Shown: piece after piece, positions 1-8,995 of the stretch
Position numbering within the stretch: the first letter of the stretch is position 1
How the letters are laid out: every line of letters starts with the position of its first letter
Notes under the pieces: generated by a model
The model's input: only the letters and a program-made list of their open reading frames with translations
Databases searched by the model: none
What the model was told of the DNA's origin: nothing
Made by a program: the position numbers and the translations under genes
Assembly: GCA_050873385.1 (NCBI GenBank)
Contig: JBNMIS010000001.1
Span: 20,957-84,956, forward strand
Direction: 5' to 3'
Length of the DNA: 64,000 nucleotides
DNA from: Bacteroidales bacterium
Lineage (GTDB): Bacteria; Bacteroidota; Bacteroidia; Bacteroidales; Paludibacteraceae

Positions 1-1
1 T

Positions 2-1033
2 CAATACTGCTCTCCGAACGACCACGTAAACTGCTCGCAATCGACCAACGATGCCTATCCTACCGCCATCCATTTGGGACTATACACGACCCATTTGGAA
101 TTCAGAAAACACCTGCAGGAACTCATTGCCGCTTTCAGGGCAAAAGAGACAGCCTTTGCAGATATTCTGAAAATGGGCCGAACCCAATTGGAAGATGCAG
201 TGCCGATGACTCTTGGTCAGACATTCGGTGCCTTTGCCCAGATATTAGAGGAAGAAGTTGCCCGATTGGACGGCGCAGCAGAAGAATTTCTGACCGTAAA
301 CATGGGCGCAACAGCCATCGGCACAGGAATATGTTCGGAGCCAGAGTACGCAGGATTGTGCGTGAAAGCCCTTTGCGATGTAACAGGCTGGAAAGTGCAA
401 TTAGCACCCAATCTGGTGGCAGCCACCTCAGACACATCGTGCATGGTAGGTTATTCATCCTGCCTGAAACGACTTGCCACAAAAATCAGCAAGATCTGCA
501 ATGATCTCCGTCTTTTGGGCTCCGGTCCACGCTGCGGATTGCACGAAATAGACCTGCCCGCCCGCCAACCGGGTTCCTCGATTATGCCGGGCAAGGTAAA
601 CCCTGTGATGCCGGAAGTGATGACACAGATTGCATTCAAAGTGATAGGCAACGACACCTGCGTCACGATAGGAAACGAAGCCGCACAGATGGAACTTAAT
701 GCCATGGAACCCGTTATGGCACAATGTTGTTTTGAATCAATACAACTGATGATGAACGGTTTTGATGTATTACGCAAATACTGCATCGAAGGCATAGAAG
801 CAAACAAGGCGAGATGCCAACAATATGTAAAAGACTCCATCGGTATCGTCACGGCACTGAATCCCGTAATCGGATACAAGAACTCGACAAAGATAGCGAA
901 AGAGGCGCTGCAGACGGGGAAACCGGTGTATGACCTGGTGTTGGAACACAACATATTGACCAAGGAAGAACTGGACACCATACTATCCCCCGAAAATATG
1001 ATCCGTCCAGTCAAGTTGGGCATCAAACGATAG
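2..1033 (+). CDS. aspA: Aspartate ammonia-lyase, C-terminal ~343 aa (5' end lies upstream of the window)
   Basis: The frame is open from nt 2 (QYCSPNDHVNCSQSTNDAYPTA...), upstream of the listed ORF 74..1033. Carries the fumarate-lyase signature GSSIMPGKVNP. The following block KVNPVMPEV..FKVIGND..MEPV resembles E. coli AspA by recall. Confidence 0.9.
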   Translation, partial: QYCSPNDHVNCSQSTNDAYPTAIHLGLYTTHLEFRKHLQELIAAFRAKETAFADILKMGRTQLEDAVPMTLGQTFGAFAQILEEEVARLDGAAEEFLTVNMGATAIGTGICSEPEYAGLCVKALCDVTGWKVQLAPNLVAATSDTSCMVGYSSCLKRLATKISKICNDLRLLGSGPRCGLHEIDLPARQPGSSIMPGKVNPVMPEVMTQIAFKVIGNDTCVTIGNEAAQMELNAMEPVMAQCCFESIQLMMNGFDVLRKYCIEGIEANKARCQQYVKDSIGIVTALNPVIGYKNSTKIAKEALQTGKPVYDLVLEHNILTKEELDTILSPENMIRPVKLGIKR

Positions 1034-1111
1034 GAACAACAAGCACTGCACAGCCTTTCCCAAGAAACAGACTGCAAAGAATCCAGTATTCCGAAAGGAT
1101 TTATTGAAAAA

Positions 1112-1161
1112 ACAGAAAGACCCTCCTTATTCCATACAGAGAACAAGGAGGGTCTTTCTGT
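1112..1161 (+). terminator. Perfect 17-bp inverted repeat downstream of aspA (putative terminator stem-loop)
   Basis: acagaaagaccctcctt (1112-1128) pairs perfectly with aaggagggtctttctgt (1145-1161) around a 16-nt loop. The following T tract is weak (tctccctt). Confidence 0.5.
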
Positions 1162-1181
1162 TCTCCCTTGCAAGAAGGTTG

Positions 1182-1269
1182 GCGGGAACCAACGAAACAT
1201 CCACTGACGGGACTTACGCCAAGGTGCAGGTCCCGTCGAGGGGTGCTTGAGGTGTGCTCAAATTCCCGC
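1182..1269 (+). repeat. Copy A of the interspersed 11-nt-unit intergenic element
   Basis: Units tcccgtcgagg (1231-1241), ggtgcttgagg (1242-1252) and tgtgctcaaat (1253-1263). An 8-bp internal stem gacgggac (1206-1213) / gtcccgtc (1230-1237) and a 7-bp closing stem gcgggaa (1182-1188) / ttcccgc (1263-1269) are present. Confidence 0.75.
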
Positions 1270-1485
1270 AAAACCAAATGAACCGGTATAAAACGAGAAG
1301 CAAAATGCAATATGCAGAAATGATAATTTGTACTATTTTTCCACATTCAGGTTATCACAATGCACACAAACTACAAAATATACCGTGCAAAATTTGTACA
1401 TACAGATTATTTTTGTCACCTTTGCAATGTATTTCAGTATAATGCGGCGAAATACCGCAGGTACAAACAAAAAAACGTATATCTT

Positions 1486-3333
1486 ATGAAACAAAAATTA
1501 CTTCTCGTGCTGCTAATTGCAGCCATGGTATCAGTGCCCAGCATTTCACGGGCTACCACCCTACTGACAGAGAACTTCGACTACGCTACAGGCAACCTAT
1601 ACGGTCAAGGCAAAACGATCGACCCCACAGGATTGGGATGGATTAAATATGGAGCCAACTCGGCTGATCCTATTCAAGTTGTTGACGAGGTTCTGACATA
1701 TACGGGCTATCAGGATGCTGCTACAGGCAAAGCCGTTGCGTTGAAGAAAACGAAATTGGGCGAAGATTTGCAGATTGCTTTCGCTACGGCAGAAAACGCC
1801 TTTTTGTCAGGAACTATTTATGCTGCCATGCTGGTCAAAGTAACAGATGCGACCGGTGCCGATACTTATTTTATGGGTTTTACAGGGAAGAACTATTCGG
1901 GTTGGCAAGATGGTGTAAGTGCTACTGAATACGGTCGTGCCTTTGTTATGAAAGGTTCAGACAACACCAAGTTCAAGTTTGGTGTGAGCAAGAATAATGC
2001 CACTCCGAGCGAGGCAACAGAGGAATTGAATGTGGGTGAGACTTATCTTATGGTTATCAAATATGAATTTGTGAACGGAGCAACAAATGACATCGTCACT
2101 TTGTGGGTAAATCCTGCTACAGATGCTACAACAGAACCGCAAGCGACTATCAGCGCATTGGTTTCCCAAGGCGATGCCAGCACAACGAACGGCTTGCAAG
2201 GCTTGGAACTGCGTCAAGGTACAACCGCTTCCAAGACCATGGCGGCAATGACCATTGATGCCGTGCGTGTTGCCACTGCATGGGCAGATCTCTTTGAGAC
2301 CGGCGGAGGCGATGACCCGAAACCCGTTGCGACATTGTCGATAGAAAAGGCGAGTGCCACTTCAGATTATCATGTTCAGAACGAAGCGTTTGCAGATACG
2401 TTTGTAGTGAAAGGTGCGAACCTCAGCGACGAGGCTATCACTACAACGTGTGTACATGAGGACATCACGATTACCAGAGGTGCCACTTTGGACAGAGACA
2501 AAGTGATGTCTGAGACGGGTGATACCATTATTATCAGGAATACAGCGGCAACCAATGGTGAAAACCGAACCACCATATCCGTCGTACAAGGAGAGACCAA
2601 AAAAGAAATTGCATACGCATGGACAGTAACCGCTCCGACACCGAAGTATCCTACCATAGCGGCATGGAAAGATGCTTTGCAAACCTCCACCTACGGAGAA
2701 ACGGGTCTTACGTTCAGCGGTACGGCTATCGTTACATTTGTGAAAGCAGGTATTGCTTATATAGAAGACGCGACAGGGGCTATGCGATTGGATCTCGCAT
2801 ATTTGGATTATCTGGAGACGCCCTTGGTCATAGGGGAAAAAGTTACATATATATCAGCGATTTATGAGTATAACACCTACTACGCGAAGTACTTTGAGGT
2901 GGACGGCTCGGGATATCCCACCCCAACAGTTGTAACTTTGGCAGAACTGAATGCCAACAAGGAAGACTATCTCTATCGTCTTCTAAAGATAGAGGGCGTT
3001 ACTTTTGAATCCGGAGAATTTGCCACTGCACAGACCGACTGTACACAAGGGGATGAGACAATCAAAGTGAATGCAGCAGTTCTGGCAGGGACAGAGAAAC
3101 CTGCCAAAGCCAACATCACAGGCATCTGGAACACCAGTTTCGGTTCTTATTATCTACAACTCCGCACAGACCAAGATATTGAAGCAATTGCAGGACCGCC
3201 TACGGCAATAGAGAATACAACCGTTGAGGGAGAAACAGAAATCTACACCATATCGGGCATACGCGTCTCCACCCTCCAACCAGGAGTAAACATTGTCCGC
3301 AGAGGCAACACCATCTACAAGGTGGTCCGCTAA
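1486..3333 (+). CDS. Secreted protein of unknown function with signal peptide and T9SS-type C-terminal sorting tail
   Basis: ATG at 1486 gives MKQKLLLVLLIAAMVSVPSISRA, a signal peptide; the upstream extension to 1360 has none. The C-terminus ...EIYTISGIRVSTLQPGVNIVRRGNTIYKVVR looks like a Por/T9SS type-A CTD. The middle part has Ig-like and OB-like segments, which I did not identify rigorously. Confidence 0.7.
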   Translation: MKQKLLLVLLIAAMVSVPSISRATTLLTENFDYATGNLYGQGKTIDPTGLGWIKYGANSADPIQVVDEVLTYTGYQDAATGKAVALKKTKLGEDLQIAFATAENAFLSGTIYAAMLVKVTDATGADTYFMGFTGKNYSGWQDGVSATEYGRAFVMKGSDNTKFKFGVSKNNATPSEATEELNVGETYLMVIKYEFVNGATNDIVTLWVNPATDATTEPQATISALVSQGDASTTNGLQGLELRQGTTASKTMAAMTIDAVRVATAWADLFETGGGDDPKPVATLSIEKASATSDYHVQNEAFADTFVVKGANLSDEAITTTCVHEDITITRGATLDRDKVMSETGDTIIIRNTAATNGENRTTISVVQGETKKEIAYAWTVTAPTPKYPTIAAWKDALQTSTYGETGLTFSGTAIVTFVKAGIAYIEDATGAMRLDLAYLDYLETPLVIGEKVTYISAIYEYNTYYAKYFEVDGSGYPTPTVVTLAELNANKEDYLYRLLKIEGVTFESGEFATAQTDCTQGDETIKVNAAVLAGTEKPAKANITGIWNTSFGSYYLQLRTDQDIEAIAGPPTAIENTTVEGETEIYTISGIRVSTLQPGVNIVRRGNTIYKVVR

Positions 3334-3342
3334 TCAGACTAT

Positions 3343-3381
3343 CATACCCCAGGAATATCCAAACAATACTCTTGGGGTATG
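3343..3381 (+). terminator. Intercistronic stem-loop between the two secreted-protein genes
   Basis: cataccccа-type 9-bp stem: cataccccа = cataccccа read as cataccccA (3343-3351) pairs with tggggtatg (3373-3381) around a 21-nt loop. No U tract follows, so it may be an attenuator or processing site rather than a terminator. Confidence 0.3.
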
Positions 3382-3416
3382 CTATCATTACAACAAATCT
3401 ATAACATACAGCAGTT

Positions 3417-5609
3417 ATGAAGAAAATACTATTACCCTTGCTTCTTTGCAGTGCAATGTGCATATCGTCCACGGCTGCAGACAACCTGCTCAGCAACGGC
3501 GACTTTGAGTCCGCTACATCCAATGGCATGTTCGGTTATCAATGGGATTCGTGGCAATGCAAAGCCATTACCACTGTTGAGACATCCGATGTCCTTGAAG
3601 GGAGACAAGCCCTGCGTTTTACAGAGGCTAATACAGCAGGCAATATCACCCAAGAAGTGACAACCATGTCAGACGAGGCAGACGGGCAAGTCTTTGAACT
3701 CACATTTCATTACAAACTGCTCAGTTATACGGCAGAGAGACCCGTTTGGCTCAATTGTGTATGGGAACACCCGAAAGACGGTGTGCTTAATCATGATGAG
3801 GAGGTACTGACACAGACTCTGAGTACAGAAAGCGGTTGGCAGACTATAACCGTAACGACCTCCAAGCCTGTCGGTGCTACAAAGTTGGTAGTGAGTATGG
3901 CATACGCCCGGAAGACCTTACTTCTGTTGGACGACTGGCGTTTAGAGCGCACCGAGGCAACAGAACCATGGCTGACAGTGGTGCCCACCACATTGCCCAA
4001 GGTAACAGCCAATGTAGGAGAGACCAAACCAGTCGCAGATATAACAATCCGTCAAGGACACCTAACCCAACCCGTGTCAGTCTATCTGGCAGGAGCGGGC
4101 AGTGCGATGTTCTCGTTGGACAAACAGCAAGCAGCGGCTGCCGAGGAAGTAGTCAAACTGACTTATCACCCTACGGCGGCAGGACAACACAGAGCCATGC
4201 TGATTATCGAGTCTTCAGAGGTTCCTACCCTCAACCAGACACTCTCCGTATCAGGTTCGGCAAGCGACCCGACCCTCAAACCGGAGATTACTATCACTCC
4301 TACCACTCTCGGAGAATTCAAATGCAGTGCGGGAGAAACCATGACTGCAACGATAACGGTCAATGCCGTCAACTGCACCAACAATGTAGAAATCTCTCTG
4401 TTAAACAATCAGAATCCAGGAGCATTCACTATCAACAACACATTGATGCCAAAGAATGTACAGGACGGCAGGTCGGTCATCACCTTCCATCCTCTCAAAG
4501 CAGGAGAATATACTGCTACGGTTTATTATCAGACAGAAGGCGGCACAGCCAAACGTATTGCTCTCAAGGGCACGGCTACCGCAGGAGAGGAGGAACCGGA
4601 TGACTTCGATACGGAGTTTGTCTTTGACAACAAAAATCCACAACGTGTGCTTATAGAGCGTTTTGACAACATGGGACATAACGAGCAACTTCGTTTGACG
4701 AATTGGCAGAATGTGGTGGTGACGGGCAAACGTCCGTGGCAAGGCATAGACAATCTCAATGGCGAACAAATGGATTGTGCCAAAGCGACTGCTTTTGTCA
4801 GCGGACAGACTGACGACAGCGAGTGGGGGATATGGCTTGTAACACCTGCATTGGATTACAAAAACGCTGTCAACCAAGTCTTTACTTTCCGCGTACGCGG
4901 AGACTATCTGTTTGACGATATGACCACCGCCTTGGAACTCTATTACATTGATGCCACCAACCCGACGGATGTACACATGGAGAAAATCGACGCGGGTATC
5001 CCTGCTACTGCAGACGAGAAAGGGAAATGGGTGGATATCCATGTCAATCTGACAGGATTAGAGAACATCGCCGATGTCTTCTACATGGCGTTCCGTTATG
5101 TCGGTCCGAGCGGTATCAATGGTGCTGTAACCTATTATGTGGACGATGTAACATGGGGTAACCCCGATCTGCCAATCATCACCTGTGACCATAGCCAGAT
5201 TGTCTTCCAGACCAAACCCGGTGTCGCCGGCGGTGTAGGGTTTAACATCACGGGACAAAACCTGACGGAACCTATCAAAATAGCATTAGGGGGCTCGAAT
5301 CCCAACAGTTTTGTATTGGCAAGTGCTACTACCACACAGCCTGCCACCACCATCGAACTGCCTGCAGAGGGAGGGAAAGCGGCGATTGCGCTGCTACAGG
5401 ATGCAGAGGGAGTGTATGAAGCCTATTTGGCAATGAGTTCCAAAGGGGCGGCAACTATTTATGTTCCCGTGTCATGTCTGGTGAAGAATACCACCGCGCT
5501 TGACCAAACGGAGACCGATAATATACCGATGAAACGAATAGTCAACGGGCATATTGTTATCCAGAAGGGCGAAACACTTTATGATGTCTTAGGCAACAAG
5601 ATGATTTGA
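3417..5609 (+). CDS. Large secreted or surface protein of unknown function, probable T9SS cargo
   Basis: Signal peptide MKKILLPLLLCSAMCISSTAA. The N-terminal NGDFE... segment resembles carbohydrate-binding-module starts. Repeated Ig-like segments follow. The region KRPWQGID..CAKATAFV..WLVTPALDY..FTFRVRG resembles a choice-of-anchor-J/MAM-like domain. The C-terminal RIVNGHIVIQKGETLYDVLGNKMI resembles Por secretion tails. Confidence 0.65.
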   Translation: MKKILLPLLLCSAMCISSTAADNLLSNGDFESATSNGMFGYQWDSWQCKAITTVETSDVLEGRQALRFTEANTAGNITQEVTTMSDEADGQVFELTFHYKLLSYTAERPVWLNCVWEHPKDGVLNHDEEVLTQTLSTESGWQTITVTTSKPVGATKLVVSMAYARKTLLLLDDWRLERTEATEPWLTVVPTTLPKVTANVGETKPVADITIRQGHLTQPVSVYLAGAGSAMFSLDKQQAAAAEEVVKLTYHPTAAGQHRAMLIIESSEVPTLNQTLSVSGSASDPTLKPEITITPTTLGEFKCSAGETMTATITVNAVNCTNNVEISLLNNQNPGAFTINNTLMPKNVQDGRSVITFHPLKAGEYTATVYYQTEGGTAKRIALKGTATAGEEEPDDFDTEFVFDNKNPQRVLIERFDNMGHNEQLRLTNWQNVVVTGKRPWQGIDNLNGEQMDCAKATAFVSGQTDDSEWGIWLVTPALDYKNAVNQVFTFRVRGDYLFDDMTTALELYYIDATNPTDVHMEKIDAGIPATADEKGKWVDIHVNLTGLENIADVFYMAFRYVGPSGINGAVTYYVDDVTWGNPDLPIITCDHSQIVFQTKPGVAGGVGFNITGQNLTEPIKIALGGSNPNSFVLASATTTQPATTIELPAEGGKAAIALLQDAEGVYEAYLAMSSKGAATIYVPVSCLVKNTTALDQTETDNIPMKRIVNGHIVIQKGETLYDVLGNKMI

Positions 5610-5638
5610 AAAGCACTTGACAGATAAACCCTGTGGTT

Positions 5639-5693
5639 AATTGCCCACGTATTTTTCCGCATATCACGAAGAATACGCGGGCAATTTGTTTTG
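5639..5693 (+). terminator. Rho-independent terminator after the secreted-protein pair
   Basis: aattgcccacgtatt (5639-5653) pairs with aatacgcgggcaatt (5672-5686) at 14 of 15 positions, followed by tgttttg. Confidence 0.6.
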
Positions 5694-5809
5694 ACTAACG
5701 AAAGAATACAATACCTGTATCAGAACTCATTGAGACATGTACCGCAACAAACGGAGAGTATGACAGCGCGAGTAAACAAGAGGGGTTTGCAGAAACGGAA
5801 AACAGTTTG

Positions 5810-5817
5810 TACCTTTG
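5810..5817 (+). promoter_or_regulatory. Bacteroidota -7 promoter box TACCTTTG upstream of potA
   Basis: Exact match to TAnnTTTG, 67 nt upstream of the potA ATG at 5884. Confidence 0.55.
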
Positions 5818-5883
5818 TGGCGCGTTTACAAACAGCGTATTTATGAGATTTACCTTTTGTGTTCCATAGTAGATTTGACGATA

Positions 5884-7344
5884 ATGCAAAAACCAAATTA
5901 CATTATTGAGGTGAACCATGTGTCTAAACAATTCGAAGACGGTAAGTTCGCCTTGGACGATGTAAGCCTTTCGGTAGAGAAAGGCGAGTTTGTAACAATT
6001 CTCGGGCCTTCCGGCTGTGGCAAGACCACCCTGTTGCGCTGTATAGCAGGTTTTCAGGTAGCCACGAGCGGTGATATTCTTCTGAACGGGCAGGACGTGA
6101 CCAAAACACCACCGCACAAGCGTCCAGTAAATACAGTATTTCAAAAATACGCTCTTTTCCCCCATCTCAACGTATTTGACAATGTTGCTTTCGGCTTAAA
6201 ATTGCGTCGTCTGAACAAAGCCGTCATTGCGAAACGTGTGCGCACCGCTCTGAAGACAGTGGGCATGACAGATTATGAAGCGCGCGATGTGAACAGTCTG
6301 TCGGGCGGACAACAACAACGCGTTGCCATTGCCAGAGCAATTGTGAACCAGCCCGAGGTTCTCCTGTTGGACGAACCTTTGGCCGCCTTGGATTTGAAGA
6401 TGCGCAAAGATATGCAGATTGAACTCAAGGAAATGCACAAACGACTGGGTATCACATTCATCTATGTGACCCATGACCAAGAGGAAGCCTTGACGCTATC
6501 GGACAGAGTAGTCGTAATGAACGAGGGCAAGATACAGCAAATAGGCGTACCAACAGACGTATATAACGAGCCTCAGAATGCCTTTGTAGCAGACTTTATC
6601 GGAGAAAGCAATATCCTGAATGCTACGATGATACACGACAGACGTGTCCGCTTCTGCGATTTGGAATTCGATTGTATAGACGAAGGTTTTGGCGAAAACA
6701 CTCCCGTGGATGTGGTTATCCGCCCTGAAGACATATACATTTGGAACGATTCTTCCAAGACAACCATTGCCGAGCAACAGGCAGATTACGACCCCGACGA
6801 CCGTATCCCCAAAGGGAACTTCACCCATTTCTACGGGAAAGTGGAGAGTTGTATCTTCAAAGGAGTGCACTACGAGATGCTCGTAAATACGGATAACGGT
6901 TACGAGTTTATGGTTCAGGACTACCATGCCTTTGAAGCAGGAACACAAGTGGGTATGCTTGTGAAACCTGAAGATATACAGGTGATGAAGAAGGAGCGTC
7001 TTACCAATCGCTTTGAAGGTGAAATAGCAGCGGACAACAAAGTGCTTTTCCTTGGTGAAGAATGGGAAATAGGAGAAGAAACGGCGCGGCAATTCGAGGT
7101 TGGACAACCAGTGGAAGTGACTGTGGATTTCGACAAGATCAACCTGCAAGACTACGAAGAGGACGGAACTCTTTCAGGAGAAGTGCATTTCATCTTGTAC
7201 AAAGGTGACCACTATCACTTAACTATCCGCACGGACGAAGGCGATGACCTGTATGTTGACACCAATGATGTCTGGGATGACGGGGACAGAGTGGGAATAG
7301 AGATTGCTCCGGAACATATCCAAATAAGAAAGGGAAAGGCATGA
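5884..7344 (+). CDS. potA: Spermidine/putrescine ABC transporter ATP-binding protein
   Basis: Walker [10 protein letters not shown], signature [14 protein letters not shown], Walker B LLLDEP. ATG at 5884 ([17 protein letters not shown]). It heads a potBCD operon. The C-terminus is about 100 aa longer than E. coli PotA and looks like a second TOBE-like repeat. Confidence 0.9.
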   Translation: MQKPNYIIEVNHVSKQFEDGKFALDDVSLSVEKGEFVTILGPSGCGKTTLLRCIAGFQVATSGDILLNGQDVTKTPPHKRPVNTVFQKYALFPHLNVFDNVAFGLKLRRLNKAVIAKRVRTALKTVGMTDYEARDVNSLSGGQQQRVAIARAIVNQPEVLLLDEPLAALDLKMRKDMQIELKEMHKRLGITFIYVTHDQEEALTLSDRVVVMNEGKIQQIGVPTDVYNEPQNAFVADFIGESNILNATMIHDRRVRFCDLEFDCIDEGFGENTPVDVVIRPEDIYIWNDSSKTTIAEQQADYDPDDRIPKGNFTHFYGKVESCIFKGVHYEMLVNTDNGYEFMVQDYHAFEAGTQVGMLVKPEDIQVMKKERLTNRFEGEIAADNKVLFLGEEWEIGEETARQFEVGQPVEVTVDFDKINLQDYEEDGTLSGEVHFILYKGDHYHLTIRTDEGDDLYVDTNDVWDDGDRVGIEIAPEHIQIRKGKA

Positions 7345-8144
7345 AACTATCCAGTTTGTTTGGCAGCCGCCGTTCGTGGGCATGGCCATATATACTGTTT
7401 CTGGTATTGTTTGTGGTATTGCCCCTGCTGTTGATTCTATTCTACGCTTTCCAAGATCCGCAGGGGAACTTCACACTGCGTAATTTTACGCAGTTCTTTT
7501 CGACCTCAGAAGCCGTAAACACATTCATTTACTCGCTGGCAATTGCCCTGATTACGACTTTCATATGCCTTGTGATAGGTTATCCTGCAGCCTATATCAT
7601 GGCAGCCGAAGAGTTTTCGACTCCCAAGGTGATGGCAATGCTCTTCATATTGCCGATGTGGATAAACTTCCTGCTCCGCACCATTGCGACCGTGGAACTC
7701 TTCAACATGTTTTCCCTTCCTTTAGGAGAAGGCGCCTTGCTATTCGGTATGTGTTATGACTTCCTGCCTTTCATGATCTATCCGATATACAACACATTGC
7801 AGAAGATGGACCGTTCGCTGATTGAGGCCGCCTCGGACTTAGGTGCCAACCGCAGAGAGATTTTCCAAAAAGTGATTCTTCCGTTGTCCGTCCCTGGTAT
7901 ATACAGCGGTGTCATCATGGTGTTCATGCCAACTGTCAGCACTTTTGCGATTTCGGAACTCCTGACCCGGAACAAGATCACCTTGTTCGGTTCGCTCATA
8001 CAACGGGCTTTCGGCGAAGGCGGACTGAGCATGTGGAACTACGGAGCAGCCTTGTCGCTCATCATGCTTATCATCATAGCCTTGACCAGTTTCTTCGGAA
8101 ACAACGACGAAGAAACCGATGCACAGAAAGGAGGTCTTCTATGA
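7341..8144 (+). CDS. potB: Spermidine/putrescine ABC transporter permease
   Basis: Multi-TM permease with an EAA-like loop ([21 protein letters not shown]). Its ATGA start overlaps the potA stop. Confidence 0.85.
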   Translation: MKLSSLFGSRRSWAWPYILFLVLFVVLPLLLILFYAFQDPQGNFTLRNFTQFFSTSEAVNTFIYSLAIALITTFICLVIGYPAAYIMAAEEFSTPKVMAMLFILPMWINFLLRTIATVELFNMFSLPLGEGALLFGMCYDFLPFMIYPIYNTLQKMDRSLIEAASDLGANRREIFQKVILPLSVPGIYSGVIMVFMPTVSTFAISELLTRNKITLFGSLIQRAFGEGGLSMWNYGAALSLIMLIIIALTSFFGNNDEETDAQKGGLL

Positions 8145-8983
8145 AAAAGAGCCATTCGTTTTCCTGGAGCCGTTTCTTTTCGCAGGCATATCTATGGATG
8201 ATACTGCTTGTCCTGTATGCACCTATTGTACTGATTATTGTATTTTCGTTCACGAAAAGCAAAGTATTCGGCAACTGGACGGGCTTTACGTTTGCTCTCT
8301 ACGAGAATCTCTTCACGGGGTATGATCATGTGGCACAAGTGCATGTAGATCCGAACCTATACCATGCTATTTTCTACACCGTAATCATTGCCCTTATTTC
8401 AGCAACAATTGCCACCCTGCTTGGCACTTTGGCAGCCATAGGCATCTACAACATGCGGCAACGAGACCGGAAGATTGTCCAGTTTATCAACAGTATCCCC
8501 ATGATAAATCCCGACATACTGACCGGTATATCGCTGTTTCTCCTGTTTGTATTCCTGGGTATCAGTCGCGGTCTGACCACGGTAATCATCGCTCACGTGG
8601 TGTTCTGTACCCCCTATGTGGTGCTCTCGGTTATGCCAAGACTTACCAAAATGAATCCAAACCTCTACGAGGCGGCTCTTGACCTGGGCGCAACACCATT
8701 CCAAGCGTTACGCAAGATTCTCATTCCCGAATTGTGGCCGGGTATGATAAGCGGGTTCATTCTTTCCATCACTCTTTCGATAGACGACTTCGGAGTGACA
8801 TTCTTTACCAAAGGAAGCGGAGGACTGAATACGCTCTCGACGTTTATCTATGCCGATGCCCGCAAAGGAGGATTGACACCGGAACTAAGACCTCTGTTCT
8901 CGCTTATCTTTATTACGATGCTTGCCCTACTCATCATCGTGAACTGGAGAGCCGACAAACAAGCCAAAGAAACCAAAAAATAA
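8141..8983 (+). CDS. potC: Spermidine/putrescine ABC transporter permease
   Basis: ATG at 8141 (MKKSHSFSW...) overlaps the potB stop by 4 nt. EAA loop YEAALDLGATPFQALRKILIPE. Confidence 0.85.
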   Translation: MKKSHSFSWSRFFSQAYLWMILLVLYAPIVLIIVFSFTKSKVFGNWTGFTFALYENLFTGYDHVAQVHVDPNLYHAIFYTVIIALISATIATLLGTLAAIGIYNMRQRDRKIVQFINSIPMINPDILTGISLFLLFVFLGISRGLTTVIIAHVVFCTPYVVLSVMPRLTKMNPNLYEAALDLGATPFQALRKILIPELWPGMISGFILSITLSIDDFGVTFFTKGSGGLNTLSTFIYADARKGGLTPELRPLFSLIFITMLALLIIVNWRADKQAKETKK

Positions 8984-8995
8984 TAGTATAAAAGA

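Noticed and set aside
1360-1485. Upstream extension of the first secreted-protein ORF (listed start 1360).
   Set aside because: The 42 extra residues (MHTNYKIYRAKFVH...) are not signal-like, whereas the ATG at 1486 opens a canonical signal peptide. The extension also covers the probable promoter region.
5695-6165. 156-aa minus-strand ORF overlapping the potA 5' region.
   Set aside because: It lies antisense to a strongly supported potA (the Walker A region is on the plus strand) and shows no recognisable motifs. It is a typical shadow ORF.
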